NCBI GenBank assembly: GCA_963422375.2
Contig: OY729428.2
Location: 2,912,001-2,976,000 of the forward strand
Direction: 5' to 3'
DNA: 64,000 bases
Source of the DNA: Bryobacterales bacterium
Lineage (GTDB): Bacteria > Acidobacteriota > Terriglobia > Bryobacterales > UBA6623
Shown here: positions 20,019 to 30,610 of the stretch, one piece after another
Position numbering within the stretch: position 1 is the first letter of the stretch
Layout of the letters: the number at the start of each line of letters is the position of its first letter
The notes under the pieces: generated by a model
Database searches by the model: none
What the model was told of the DNA's origin: nothing
What the model saw: the letters and a program-made list of their open reading frames with translations, nothing else
Position numbers and translations under genes: made by a program

Positions 20019-21335
20019 TTACTCGCGCCAGAGCCGCACGCACACCAGCGTGTCCTTGTCGCGAGCGAACAGGAGACCGCCCGCGATGGCAGGAAAGGCT
20101 CGCGTCTCCCGGGCGAGAATCTGGGCGCGGGCCTTGACTTCGAACCCCTCGGGGGACGCTGCGACCAGCATGAGCTCGCCGCTCTCGAGGAGCAGGACGA
20201 GCCGGTCGCCTACCCGGCTCACCGAGCCGGGCCGGATGTCTTCGTGGGACCAATGCACCTTGCCGGACCGCAGGTCCGCCGCGCGGAGGCTTTGCCCGTA
20301 TTCCTGGCGGCCGTGGAATCCGAACAGAGTGCCACCCGACAGCACGCAACTCGAGTAGTGATTGTCGATCACGCCCTCGCCCGACCAAGTTTCCTCGATC
20401 TTGCCGTTGCAGAGCTTCAGGGCGACCGCCCCGGTGCCGTACGACGCCGACAGGAACACGAAGTCGCCCGCGACGACGGGCGTCGCGGCATTGACCGAGG
20501 CGTTGCTGCGCGACCGCCAGCGACGCTGGTAGGCCACTTCCCCCGTGGAGGGATCCACGGCAGCGAGCCCCTCGCGCGTGAAGAACACGGCCATCGGCTT
20601 GCCGTCCAAGCGAGCCTCGACCGGCGAGGAGTAGCTGGCCGCGTGGTCCGTGGCCTTCCAGAGGACTGCGCCGGTGGCGGCGTCGAACGCCACGATGCCG
20701 GCCCCTCCGGAGCCGCCGACATTGGCGAGCACGTTCCCGGCCATGACCAGCGGGGTCGACGCGGCCCCGAAGAACCCCTTGCGCACGCCGAAGGCCGCGT
20801 GGGTGTCGACGTCCCATATCTGGCGGCCGGATTCGAAGTCGAGACAATGCAGCCTTCCTTGCGCGCCGAATGCGTAAACGCGTCCGCCGACGATCACGGG
20901 CGAGGCTCGCGGCCCGTTATCGAAACCGAAGTCGTCCCTGTAGCGCGTCTCGTAAGCAAACTTCCAGAGGGGCTTGCCGTCCTCGGCCTGCAACGCCTCG
21001 ACAACCTCTTCGTTTCCCAGCCGATGAAAGAGGACAAGCGTTCCCGCGGCGACGGAGGGAGCGCTGAACCCAGCGCCTACGGACCTCTCCCAGACGAGTT
21101 CCGGGCCCTCCGGCGGGAAGGGCTCGACGGTTGCGCGGTCCGGGTAGACGCCGTCGCGCTGCGGCCCCCTGAACTGCGGCCAGTCCTGACCGGATGCACT
21201 AGCCGACAGCGCCAGCGCCGCTATGGCCTGAGCGAGTAGGGACCGCGCGATTGCCGCAGGCGCCGAGAAACGGAATCCCGCTTCCATTCGGACCGGGATC
21301 GCACGGCGCGGCATGGCAGACGGCAAGCGTACCAT
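20019..21335 (-). CDS. PQQ-binding-like beta-propeller repeat protein (BamB-like)
   Basis: QDWPQFRGP, GPRASP, CLDFESGRQIW, AFDAATGAVLW, YSSP repeats. True start probably downstream of 21335. Confidence 0.85.
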   Translation of the reverse strand: MVRLPSAMPRRAIPVRMEAGFRFSAPAAIARSLLAQAIAALALSASASGQDWPQFRGPQRDGVYPDRATVEPFPPEGPELVWERSVGAGFSAPSVAAGTLVLFHRLGNEEVVEALQAEDGKPLWKFAYETRYRDDFGFDNGPRASPVIVGGRVYAFGAQGRLHCLDFESGRQIWDVDTHAAFGVRKGFFGAASTPLVMAGNVLANVGGSGGAGIVAFDAATGAVLWKATDHAASYSSPVEARLDGKPMAVFFTREGLAAVDPSTGEVAYQRRWRSRSNASVNAATPVVAGDFVFLSASYGTGAVALKLCNGKIEETWSGEGVIDNHYSSCVLSGGTLFGFHGRQEYGQSLRAADLRSGKVHWSHEDIRPGSVSRVGDRLVLLLESGELMLVAASPEGFEVKARAQILARETRAFPAIAGGLLFARDKDTLVCVRLWRE

Positions 21336-21898
21336 CAGATCCCCGTCCAGCGTCGCGCTTCCGACGGCCCTGCCCCGAGCAGGTCCAAGATTCGTCCAAC
21401 CTGCTGGTCGACTATCTCATCGAGCGACTCCGGGAGGGTGTAGAAGGCAGGCATCGGCGGGGCGATGACCGCGCCCATCTCGGCGAGCGCCGCCATCGTT
21501 CTCAGATGCCCGAGGTGCAGCGGCGTCTCGCGCACCGCCAGCACCAAGCGGCGCTTCTCCTTGAGCGCCACGTCCGCCGCCCGGGTGAGCAGGTTCGAGG
21601 CCAGCCCGCACGCGATGGCGGACATCGTGCGCACGGAGCACGGCACGACGGCCATGGCGTCGAAGAGGAACGATCCGCTGGCAATGGTCGCGCCGATGCG
21701 CTCTATGGAGTGCAGTTCGTGAACGAGAGGCTTGAGATCCGAAACGGTGCGGCCGGTTTCGTGGTGAAGTGTCTTCTCGCCTGGCCTAGACACCACCAAG
21801 TGGGTCTCGACATCGTGCATGCCGGCTAGCCGCTCCAGCAGCCGCGCTCCGTAGACCGCCCCGCTGGCCCCGCTGATCCCGACTACGATCCGTTTCAA
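21335..21898 (-). CDS. ubiX: Flavin prenyltransferase UbiX
   Basis: KRIVVGISGASG, IASGSF, PCS...SAIACG..SNLLTRAADVALKEKR.LVL.VRETP, PAFY. TTG start at 21898. Confidence 0.93.
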   Translation of the reverse strand: MKRIVVGISGASGAVYGARLLERLAGMHDVETHLVVSRPGEKTLHHETGRTVSDLKPLVHELHSIERIGATIASGSFLFDAMAVVPCSVRTMSAIACGLASNLLTRAADVALKEKRRLVLAVRETPLHLGHLRTMAALAEMGAVIAPPMPAFYTLPESLDEIVDQQVGRILDLLGAGPSEARRWTGI

Positions 21899-22212
21899 CG
21901 CACGTCCCTTGACCCATGTTGCCACGGCCGGGAGCGGCTGCCCCGCAGGCGCCCCCCGCACGGACTGGGCAACTGGACCGCGGGTGCGAGTTGCTAGTGT
22001 GAAGTGAAGGCGGAGCGGCGCGTTCGCGTCATGGGAACGACAGGTCGGGACGGTCAGGCCCCGGGCCCGATCCGGACGGGGTTGGAGCGGCGGCGTCGCG
22101 CCGGGGCAATTTAATGCCCCCCGTTCGTCATGTGATGCAACGCAGGACCGACGCACTCGGATCCGGAAAGGCCGCCAGGGCGACGCGTCCACCGCGCGAG
22201 AGAATCGATCCA

Positions 22213-22677
22213 ATGGATGGGGAGGATGTCAATCCCCGCCATCTGATCCTTTATGACGGCGACTGCGGGTTCTGCGACCGGGCCGTGGCCTTCGTGCCGC
22301 CTCGCGATAGCCGCGGCGCTTTCCGCTACGCCTCGCTCCACAGCCAACACGGCCGTCGCGAGCTGGCGGAGCGCGGATTGGAAGGGGTGGGCCTCAATTC
22401 TCTGGTCGTGCTGCCGGCCGGGGCCAGCAGCGAGAAGCGCCCTCTGCTGAAATCGTCAGCCGTTCTGTTCATCGTGCGACGCTTGGACCCGCCTTGGAGC
22501 TTGCTGGCCGGGTTCGGATGCATCCCGCGGCTGCTGCTGGATTGGGGCTACGAGCAGATCGCAAGGAACCGGCACCGGCTTTCGAACAGGCTTGCAACGT
22601 GCCCGGTGCAGGTTGGCTCCCCGAAGTCGCTTCCGAACCGCCAACGGGAGGCGCAGGAACACCTTCGGGCGACCTGA
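22213..22677 (+). CDS. DCC1-like thiol-disulfide oxidoreductase (DUF393)
   Basis: LILYDGDCGFC (DxxCxxC), FRYASLHS, KSSAV, YEQIARNRHR. Confidence 0.85.
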   Translation: MDGEDVNPRHLILYDGDCGFCDRAVAFVPPRDSRGAFRYASLHSQHGRRELAERGLEGVGLNSLVVLPAGASSEKRPLLKSSAVLFIVRRLDPPWSLLAGFGCIPRLLLDWGYEQIARNRHRLSNRLATCPVQVGSPKSLPNRQREAQEHLRAT

Positions 22678-22887
22678 CCCGAAAGGGCCGGTCGACGGAA
22701 GGCAGCCAGCCGAGCGCGAGGCTGCGGCATTCGGGCGGACCGTCCCCACCGGTCCGAGGCGTCCCGACCCCAGCGGTGCCGACCGGGCCTCGCGACCGAT
22801 CCCGGAAGTCGATACGCGGGGCGGCAGCCAAGGGTCGGGTTCGCCAGTGTCGGCTGCGCTGTGGGGGCCTCCAGACGATAGGGGCTC

Positions 22888-25800
22888 CTAGTTCGTCACG
22901 GGCATCAGCACCGTGTTGCTTGAGACGTCGGCCACTGCGACCGAGACGTCCTTGTCGCCCGCCGACAGGACCTGCGGCACCCTGAATGCAACAACATACG
23001 TGCCCGGACGGGACAGGTGCAGGCCGGAGTACACGAGTTCCGCCCCTTGTCCCCCGACGGTCACGGTCGGCTCATGCACAGTGGGATTCGGCCATGCCGG
23101 AAGCTGCCCGTCGGCAACCGGGAAGCGCACGGGGCCGTTACCGGTCATCGCCATCTCGACCCGCTCGCCGGCACGTGCCGGGGCCTGCAGCGAGACTTCC
23201 GACCCGTCCTCGCGAACGGCGTGGACGTATCCTCGGCCGGATTCCGAGACTCCGACGATTTCCGGGGCCACCGCGGACAGACTGAACGGAAACGGAGTGC
23301 TGGCGTGCTCAGCGCGAACCTTGAGGTGGGCCGACCTCTCGTGGGCGAGTGCCCAGGGAATCTGTATGCCGATCTGATCCTCCCGCACCCAGAGGACCGG
23401 AGCGGCCACGCTCGCCTCGATGTCCGGGGCGTCGATCGCGACGCTGGTCCCCTTGAGCACGATCGGCAGAGGCGTCCGCACATACTCTCCGCTGAACGCC
23501 GCCAAGTTTGTCCCGCGGAGAATGGCTACGGAGCCCGGAGCGACCGAGGCCGAGCGACGGTCAGCGCCGTGGCCGCCGACCGCCTGCACCACGGGCCGGG
23601 GATCGGTCAACTCGAACGAGAACGGGATTTCGATTCCGCCCACGCTGGCCCGGACGCCTTGCTCGGCCGTAAACGGGTCGAATCGGACCTCGGCGAACGC
23701 CAGCCCGGACTCGGTCGTCTCGCTTGTCGAGTCCATGATCTCGCCAAAGCCCTTGAACACTTCGAATTCCACAGGATGGCCGGCGACCGGGACACCATGC
23801 CGGTCGACCACCTTCGCGACCACGATGCGTACCTCTCTCCGCCCGTACGCTCCGGGATGCTCGGGTTCGGAGAGGTCCGCCCCGTTGGAGGGAACGCCGT
23901 CCCCGACAACGTAGAGAAATGGAACGCGTAGGTCGCGTTCCGTCCGACCGTCGGATAGCCGCAAGTGCCCTTCGTACGAGCCCGGGGACGGCATGGAGCC
24001 CTCCAAGGCCACGCGCACGCGGTTCACCGTCCCGGGCAGAACGTCGATTGTCAGGTCCCGTGCCCCGTTGACCGTCACCTTCGCCGACGGATTCCAGTCG
24101 CGGGCTTCGACCCGCAACGAATACGTGCGCATCACCGTGTCGTGATTCGCGATGCCGATGCTTCGGTCAACGGGAATCTCGCCCTCCGCGAGCTGCCCGA
24201 AGCTCACGGTCGGAGGCACAACCGTTGCAATCGGGTCGAGCGCGGCGGGGATGTTCAACAACCCGCCTCCGACTGACGTGACACGCGCCGGTCCGCCTTC
24301 GTCGAATACTTCTTGCGACGCGGAATTGATCAATGCCGACGCCACCTGCCGAGCGGAAAAGCGGGGATGGGCCTGCCATACCAGCGCGGCCGCCCCCGCG
24401 ACGAGAGGCGCGGCGTAGCTCGTGCCCATGGTCTCGCGGAACCCGCTGGGATTGCGGGCGCGGCCTTGAGGTCCCGTGACCAAGTCTGCCGTGTAGACAG
24501 TGAATCCCGGAGCCACGATGTCCGGCTTGAGACCGAGAGCCGGCGTGGGCCCTCGGGAGCTGAACGGAGCCAGCACTTCGGAATAGCCGTGGCTGAATCG
24601 CTCAAACGGGCCCGCAACAAGGGCGACCGCCGGCCCGGCGCCGCGGAGCGCCCGCCTCAGGGCAAGCCCGTCGCGGCTGTCGATCATGTATGCCGGGATG
24701 TCGGTCATCTCGAGATCCGGAGCGGGATAGGGGTAAGCCTCGCTGATCAGAACCACCGCGAGCGCACCGGCCGCGTCCGCCTGCTCGACCTTCCGTACCG
24801 CTTCGCAGCCGCCGCCCGCCGAGACCAACGCGATCCGACCGGCAAGAGCCGACTCGCCGAAGGGAACGCAGCCGAATCGGTTGTCCAGGGCAGCCGTGTC
24901 GAACGCCGGCGCCGCTAGCAGCCGGTCCACCTCCGGCCCGCTGCCGGAGTAGGCAGGAAAGGTTCGATTACCGACCCGGACGCCCTGATACCCCCAGCGC
25001 GAGCTGCCGGTCGCCCCGACGGCAATCACCCCGGGTGCGTTCGCCCCCATGTCCGTCGTGTTCAGCATCGCTTCCCGGACAACGCCCGACGCGCCCAGGT
25101 TGCCCGCCGCCCTGACTACGACCCTGCCGAAGTCCTCGACCGCGCTCTGGGCGGCAATGGCGCTGGGGTCGCAGGGCTCGCCCGGATCCTCGAGGTGGCA
25201 TTCCTCGCCGTAGGCGTCCCAGCGGACGAACGACGGATGGCCGAAACTCATGCTGATGATGTCCATGCCGTCGCCGACGGCATCGTCGATTGCGGCGATC
25301 ACGGCGTTCGAATCGGGACCGTCGTTGATGCCTGGCGTGCCAAACAGCTTGTACACGCCGATGCGCGCCTTCGGGGCGATGCCCTCCACCATTCCGAGCG
25401 GCGTCAGGACGCCGCGTCCGGCGGCAGCCATGGCCACGCCCGTGCCGTGACCCGAGAAGTCGTCGAGTGTCCGCGCGTCCGGCGTCGAGGTCTCGGGATC
25501 GGCCGAGTTCAGAAGGCGCACGTAGCTGCGCACCGCGACGACCTTGCGGCTGGCGAACCGCAGTAGATCCGGATCTCCCTTGGGGAACCCTTCCAAGGGC
25601 GGCAGGGTTTCGTCGCGGAATGCTTCGTGCTCGATGTCGATGCCGGAGTCGAGGATCGCGACCTTGATCCCCTCGCCGCGCAGGGCGAGACCGCGCGGCC
25701 TATTTCGCGCCGCCGCAGTTCCCACGATTTCGCCCACTCGGTTGAGCGTCGATTGGACCGGGCGGCTGCGGACGACCCGGCGGACGCCGGGGATTCGGGC

Positions 25801-26331
25801 GGCGGCACGGGCTTGCTCGGGCGTCGCTCGGATGAAGATCGCATTGAGAACCTTCTGCACCGAGCCCGTGACTTGCACACCGAGCGCCTCGATTCCGTCA
25901 AGCACCGGGACCTGCCGCGAAGCGACTCGGCGGCGCAGGAGATCAACACTCGCAGCCGAGGCGCGAGGCCCGACGTCGCGCTCGCTCTCGCGACGCGCGG
26001 CAGAGATCCGCTCCCCGGCGGACGGCGCGTCCAGCACCACGGTGTAGGCCGCAACCAGCCCGGTCCGGTCGGCAGCCCGAGCGGGCCAGGCCGGCACGAC
26101 CCAAGCCGCGAGGACGAGGGCTAGGAAGAGAGCTGCGCAATGCCGCAACGAAGCAGCGGCACGGCAGGAATGGGGGCCGGTCGCGGCGAACCGGTCGGCA
26201 AAGGGGGAAGGAACTGGCAACTGAAGCCCGGTGCGGCTCGTCGAGCGGGCCTGATCCAATGGGTTGCCCCGAGAGCGACGAGCGAGCTCCCGGACGGGGT
26301 GCCTCGCGGCGGAAGGCCAAGGAACCTGCAA
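22888..26331 (-). CDS. S8 (subtilisin) serine peptidase with PA domain, Ig-like domains and Solibacter-type C-terminal domain
   Basis: Catalytic triad VAILDSG / SGHGT / GTSYAAP, AAGN oxyanion motif, FSSRGP...KPDIVAPG, PA-domain IALVS.GG.C. C-terminal VAPGS...GTNL...TVTVGG...VYSGL..PG.Y. Start uncertain. Confidence 0.9.
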   Translation of the reverse strand: MQVPWPSAARHPVRELARRSRGNPLDQARSTSRTGLQLPVPSPFADRFAATGPHSCRAAASLRHCAALFLALVLAAWVVPAWPARAADRTGLVAAYTVVLDAPSAGERISAARRESERDVGPRASAASVDLLRRRVASRQVPVLDGIEALGVQVTGSVQKVLNAIFIRATPEQARAAARIPGVRRVVRSRPVQSTLNRVGEIVGTAAARNRPRGLALRGEGIKVAILDSGIDIEHEAFRDETLPPLEGFPKGDPDLLRFASRKVVAVRSYVRLLNSADPETSTPDARTLDDFSGHGTGVAMAAAGRGVLTPLGMVEGIAPKARIGVYKLFGTPGINDGPDSNAVIAAIDDAVGDGMDIISMSFGHPSFVRWDAYGEECHLEDPGEPCDPSAIAAQSAVEDFGRVVVRAAGNLGASGVVREAMLNTTDMGANAPGVIAVGATGSSRWGYQGVRVGNRTFPAYSGSGPEVDRLLAAPAFDTAALDNRFGCVPFGESALAGRIALVSAGGGCEAVRKVEQADAAGALAVVLISEAYPYPAPDLEMTDIPAYMIDSRDGLALRRALRGAGPAVALVAGPFERFSHGYSEVLAPFSSRGPTPALGLKPDIVAPGFTVYTADLVTGPQGRARNPSGFRETMGTSYAAPLVAGAAALVWQAHPRFSARQVASALINSASQEVFDEGGPARVTSVGGGLLNIPAALDPIATVVPPTVSFGQLAEGEIPVDRSIGIANHDTVMRTYSLRVEARDWNPSAKVTVNGARDLTIDVLPGTVNRVRVALEGSMPSPGSYEGHLRLSDGRTERDLRVPFLYVVGDGVPSNGADLSEPEHPGAYGRREVRIVVAKVVDRHGVPVAGHPVEFEVFKGFGEIMDSTSETTESGLAFAEVRFDPFTAEQGVRASVGGIEIPFSFELTDPRPVVQAVGGHGADRRSASVAPGSVAILRGTNLAAFSGEYVRTPLPIVLKGTSVAIDAPDIEASVAAPVLWVREDQIGIQIPWALAHERSAHLKVRAEHASTPFPFSLSAVAPEIVGVSESGRGYVHAVREDGSEVSLQAPARAGERVEMAMTGNGPVRFPVADGQLPAWPNPTVHEPTVTVGGQGAELVYSGLHLSRPGTYVVAFRVPQVLSAGDKDVSVAVADVSSNTVLMPVTN

Positions 26332-27072
26332 GCGATCTACGGGGAGTATAGGGCAGGAGGCAACCGTCCAACTAGACGGCAGGTCCGATCAAGACACTCG
26401 CTCCGTCGATCCCGGCCGAGCATGTCGAGTCGACGGAAGACCCAACCTCTCCGCCGGACTTCCATCCAATCCCGCGCCTCGGCCCACGCGACAACCGCCG
26501 ACCAGCGGGCCGAACCAGGGACCGGCTCGCTTGCGGGAATGCGGTCTCGGAGCCCAGTCGATCGCCCCCGTCCCGATCCGCTGGCGACTTCCCGATAGAG
26601 GTCCCTCGGAGCGCGGAGCACAGACTCGGGCAGTGCGGGCAAGGGGGCATCGGGTCCCGCTTGCAGGCACCTGCCAGCATGCAGAACGTCGCGGAAGAAG
26701 TCGACCGCGTCAAGCGCGAGCGGGACCGGCCGCCGGGCAGAATCGACCCGGCGGCAAACCGGTCCCCGGGCGAGGGACACAGAGATTGTTGACGGGTATC
26801 GGCCTCTCCGGGGCAAGCTGCGCCAGGGCGGAGCAGTGCATCGCCGGAGAGGCTGGCATGGTTGGCATGCCGGTGGCCTCTCGCGGGGGCACCCAGTTCT
26901 CCGCACCGAATCGGGGCACTGGCGCTGCCCCGCTCTGTCCCGGCACCAAGGCCCATCGGGCCCCCCTCTGGCGGCAGGGGGCAGCGACGTCGATGTCCTC
27001 TCGCGCAGGGGGTCTGGGATGGGCTATCTTTGAACCCGGGCCCGCCCAAGGCGACGGCTCCGCAAGCGTCGA

Positions 27073-28065
27073 ATGTTCAAGACTCGCATCACCGAAATGT
27101 TCGGCATCAGGTACCCCATCATCCAAGGGGGGCTGATGTGGCTGGCGAAGGCCGAGCTGGCCGCCGCCGTGGCCGAAGCCGGCGGCATCGGCTTCATGAC
27201 CGCCCTCTCGCACGATACGCCCGAGAAGCTGCGCGACGAAATTCGGAAGGTTCGCGATCTGACGGAAAAGCCGTTCGGCGTGAATCTGACATTCCTGCCG
27301 TCTCTCCGCAGGCCGGACTTCCCCGGCTACGTCCAAGCGTGCGTCGAAGAGGGGGTGAAGTTCGTCGAGACAGCCGGACGCAACCCCGAGCCGATCCTGC
27401 CGACGCTCACGGAGGCCGGCGTCAAAGTGATCCATAAGTGCACTTCCGTGCGGCACGCGATGAAGGCGCAACGGATCGGCTGCGCCGCCGTCAGCATTGA
27501 CGGATTCGAGTGCGCGGGCCATCCAGGCGAGGACGACGTGACCTCGCTGATCCTGATTCCGCTGGCCCGCGACGCGCTCGAGATCCCCGTGGTTTCCTCC
27601 GGCGGCTTCGGCGACGGACGCGGCCTCGTCGCCTCGCTGGCGCTCGGCGCGGACGGAATGAACATGGGCACGCGCTTCGTCGCTACGGCGGAATGTCCGA
27701 TCCACCCGGCCGTCAAGCGGGCGCTGGTGAACGCCAGCGAGAGAGACACCCGGCTCCTGATGCGAAGTCTCCGCAACACGGCCCGCTACCTAGCCAACGA
27801 GAACGCGGAGAAGGTGCTGGAAATCGAGGCCCACGGCAACGCGACCATCGGAGACATCAAGAAATACATGTCCGGGCTGGAGGGCAGGCAGATGATCGAG
27901 ACCGGCAATCTGAACCAAGGCGTGTTCTCGGCCGGGCAGGTGATCGGCATGATTCGAGACGTGCCGACGGTCCAGGAGCTGTTCGACAGGATCGTCGGGG
28001 AAGCGACCGAGCTGATGACCCAGCAGCTTCCGGACATGGTGCGCAACGGCGCTGGCGGCTCGTGA
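27073..28065 (+). CDS. Nitronate monooxygenase / FabK-like flavin oxidoreductase
   Basis: TRITEMFGIRYPIIQGG, AVAEAGGIG, PFGVNL, GFECAGHPG, SGGFGDGRG, MGTRF. Confidence 0.9.
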   Translation: MFKTRITEMFGIRYPIIQGGLMWLAKAELAAAVAEAGGIGFMTALSHDTPEKLRDEIRKVRDLTEKPFGVNLTFLPSLRRPDFPGYVQACVEEGVKFVETAGRNPEPILPTLTEAGVKVIHKCTSVRHAMKAQRIGCAAVSIDGFECAGHPGEDDVTSLILIPLARDALEIPVVSSGGFGDGRGLVASLALGADGMNMGTRFVATAECPIHPAVKRALVNASERDTRLLMRSLRNTARYLANENAEKVLEIEAHGNATIGDIKKYMSGLEGRQMIETGNLNQGVFSAGQVIGMIRDVPTVQELFDRIVGEATELMTQQLPDMVRNGAGGS

Positions 28066-28106
28066 GATCCGGGACGCAAGTCCCGCGAAACGCCCGGATC
28101 GCAAGG

Positions 28107-28871
28107 ATGGCGGACGCCAGCCCGGGGGTCGCGATATCCGCCACCATCATCACCCTGGACGAGGAGCGAAACATCGCCAGGGCCGTCGATTCGGTTGCAT
28201 TCTGCGACGAGGTTCTGGTCGTCGACTCAGGGTCGACCGACCGCACGGTCGAGATCGCCCGGGACCTAGGGGCCAGGGTCGTATGCAACGACTGGCCCGG
28301 CTACGCTGCCCAGAAGAACTTCGCCGACGACCATGCTCGCAACGACTGGATTCTCTCTATCGACGCCGACGAGGCATTGAGCCCGGAGCTTGCCGCCGAG
28401 ATCGTGTGCGTGAAGCAGGCCGGGCCCGCGTGCGCCGGCTACGACTTCCCGCGCCGGGCCCGCTACTGCGGACGCTGGATCCGACACTCGGGCTGGTATC
28501 CAGACAGGAAGGTCCGGCTGTATCGACGGGATCTCGCACGCTGGACCGGCAGCTACGTTCACGAGTCCGTGCGGGCGGCAGGACCGGTCGGCCACCTGAA
28601 GGGCGACCTGCTGCACTACACGTGCGACAGCCTGGAGCAGCACCGCGCGAGCATCGAGAGGTACACCGACCTAGCGGCCCGGGAAATCTGCGCGGCCGGG
28701 CGGTCCGTGCCCGCGTGGCGGCTCCTGCTCGGGCCCTGCCTCTCATTCGCCAGGTCGTACCTGCTACGGCTGGGACTCCTTGACGGACGCGCCGGGTTCA
28801 CGATTGCGCGGATGGCCAGCCGGTACACCTACCTGAAGTACTCGAAGGCAAGGCAACTACCCGTCGGTTGA
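28107..28871 (+). CDS. Glycosyltransferase family 2 (WaaE/KdtX-like)
   Basis: ISATIITLDEE, VVDSGSTDRT, WILSIDADE, GWYPD..VRL, VHE, LLHYT. Confidence 0.9.
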   Translation: MADASPGVAISATIITLDEERNIARAVDSVAFCDEVLVVDSGSTDRTVEIARDLGARVVCNDWPGYAAQKNFADDHARNDWILSIDADEALSPELAAEIVCVKQAGPACAGYDFPRRARYCGRWIRHSGWYPDRKVRLYRRDLARWTGSYVHESVRAAGPVGHLKGDLLHYTCDSLEQHRASIERYTDLAAREICAAGRSVPAWRLLLGPCLSFARSYLLRLGLLDGRAGFTIARMASRYTYLKYSKARQLPVG

Positions 28872-28874
28872 CCC

Positions 28875-29789
28875 ATGCGCGTACTGCATATCGACACCGG
28901 CCGCAGGATGCGCGGCGGGCAGTACCAAGTGTTGCTGCTGCACGACACGCTGGCCGGAGGGCGCTGCGAGCAGACCCTGCTTGGAGGAGACGGCCTCCGG
29001 TCCAATCGAACGGCCGGGCGGGCGACCTGGGAGGCCGTCCGCGAGCACGCTCGGACGTGCGACCTGATCCACGCGCACGACTCCCGCGCTCACTCGCTGG
29101 CGGTGCTCCTCGGGAGGGGCAAGCCGGTAGTGGTAGCTCGCCGCGTGGCATTTCCAATCAAAGGCGGACCGGCCTCTAGGTGGAAGTACGCGCGGGCCGC
29201 GCATTTCGTGGCGATCTCCGAGCACGTGGCCTCGGTTTTGCAGGAATGCGGGGTGCCGGACCGGAAGATCAGCGTCGTCTACGACGCCGCACCGGACCCG
29301 CCGCGAGACACGGGAAGGACCGGCAGGGAGAGATCGTTCCGGGTGGTCAGTCCGAACTTCGACGATCCCCTCAAGGGCCGTGAGCTAGCGAAAGCATCCT
29401 GCCTGCGGGCAGGGATACCGCTTCATCTCTCGGACGACCTGCAGGCCGACCTGCGCTCGGCCGACGCGTTGCTCTACCTGTCGAAGTCGGAGGGCCTGGG
29501 GTCGGCAATTCTGCTTGGCATGTCGATGGGGGTGCCCGTGATCGCCAGCAACGTTGGCGGGATTCCGGAAGCCGTGTCCGACGGCAACACGGGCCTGCTC
29601 GTCGAGAACGACGAGAGGAGCGTATCGCAGGCGCTCCTGCGTCTGAAGGGGGACACCCTGCTCCGGCAGCACATGTCCGAGAAGTCGATGCGCGCGATAC
29701 GGTCCACGTTCTCCAAGAAACGGATGGCCGACGGGACGCTCGAGGTGTACCGCCGGGTGCTCGGTCAGAGGTTCTCCCCGCAGGCATGA
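28875..29789 (+). CDS. Glycosyltransferase family 4
   Basis: MRVLHIDTG..MRGGQYQ, IHAH, SKSEGLGS, PVIASNVGGIPE. Confidence 0.88.
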   Translation: MRVLHIDTGRRMRGGQYQVLLLHDTLAGGRCEQTLLGGDGLRSNRTAGRATWEAVREHARTCDLIHAHDSRAHSLAVLLGRGKPVVVARRVAFPIKGGPASRWKYARAAHFVAISEHVASVLQECGVPDRKISVVYDAAPDPPRDTGRTGRERSFRVVSPNFDDPLKGRELAKASCLRAGIPLHLSDDLQADLRSADALLYLSKSEGLGSAILLGMSMGVPVIASNVGGIPEAVSDGNTGLLVENDERSVSQALLRLKGDTLLRQHMSEKSMRAIRSTFSKKRMADGTLEVYRRVLGQRFSPQA

Positions 29790-30610
29790 CCGAGATCGCC
29801 GCATTCGCGCTGGGCCTCGCCACCGGCAGCTTCGCGAACGTCTGCATTCATCGCTGGCCGCTGGGCCAGTCCGTGGTCCGGCCGCGCTCGAGGTGCCCTC
29901 GCTGCGGGCGCGGGATCGCGTGGTTCGACAAGGTCCCGTTGCTCAGCTACGCGCTCCTCGCGGGCAAGTGCCGGGCTTGCAAGGGGCGGATCCCAGTCCG
30001 GTACCCGCTGGTGGAGGGGCTTTGCGGGGTCGTCTTCGCCCTGGCCGCAACGCTGCTGGGAACGGGTCCCGCGGCGTGGAAGGCCGCGATCTTCGCATCC
30101 ATGATGCTGGTCCTGTTCTTCACGGATCTGGAGCGCCTCGTCCTGCCGGACGAAGTGACGCTAGGGGGATTGGCCGTCGGAATCGCGTTCAGCCCGTTCG
30201 TCCCGCTTCGCCCCGGAGCGGCCCAGACCGGATTCGCGCTCGCTGACATCCAAGTGCCGCCCTGGGCGGTCTCGACTGCCGAATCGGCCTTCGGCGCAGC
30301 TTTGTTCGGGGGGCTGCTCCTGTTGATCGGCGAGGCGTTCTACCGGCTGCGAGGGGTCGATGGCATTGGGCTTGGCGACGTCAAGCTGATGGCCATGATC
30401 GGCGCGTTCCACGGAGCCTCGATCGGGCTTCTGGTGCTGCTGGCGGGTTCTCTGCTCGCGGCGGCCTGCGGCACGGCAGCCGTATTCGCAGGCCGCAGGG
30501 GATGGCGTGACCGGCTGCCATTCGGAAGCTACCTGTCCGGCACAGCGCTCGCAGCGCTCTTCGCAGGGAACGCTATCCTGAACCGGTACTGGGAGTTCGT
30601 GCTGGAATGA
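29786..30610 (+). CDS. pilD: Prepilin peptidase / N-methyltransferase
   Basis: GSFANVCIHRWP, SRCPRC...GKCRAC, RYPLVE, TDL...LPD, GLGDVKL, LPFG. Confidence 0.9.
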   Translation: MTEIAAFALGLATGSFANVCIHRWPLGQSVVRPRSRCPRCGRGIAWFDKVPLLSYALLAGKCRACKGRIPVRYPLVEGLCGVVFALAATLLGTGPAAWKAAIFASMMLVLFFTDLERLVLPDEVTLGGLAVGIAFSPFVPLRPGAAQTGFALADIQVPPWAVSTAESAFGAALFGGLLLLIGEAFYRLRGVDGIGLGDVKLMAMIGAFHGASIGLLVLLAGSLLAAACGTAAVFAGRRGWRDRLPFGSYLSGTALAALFAGNAILNRYWEFVLE

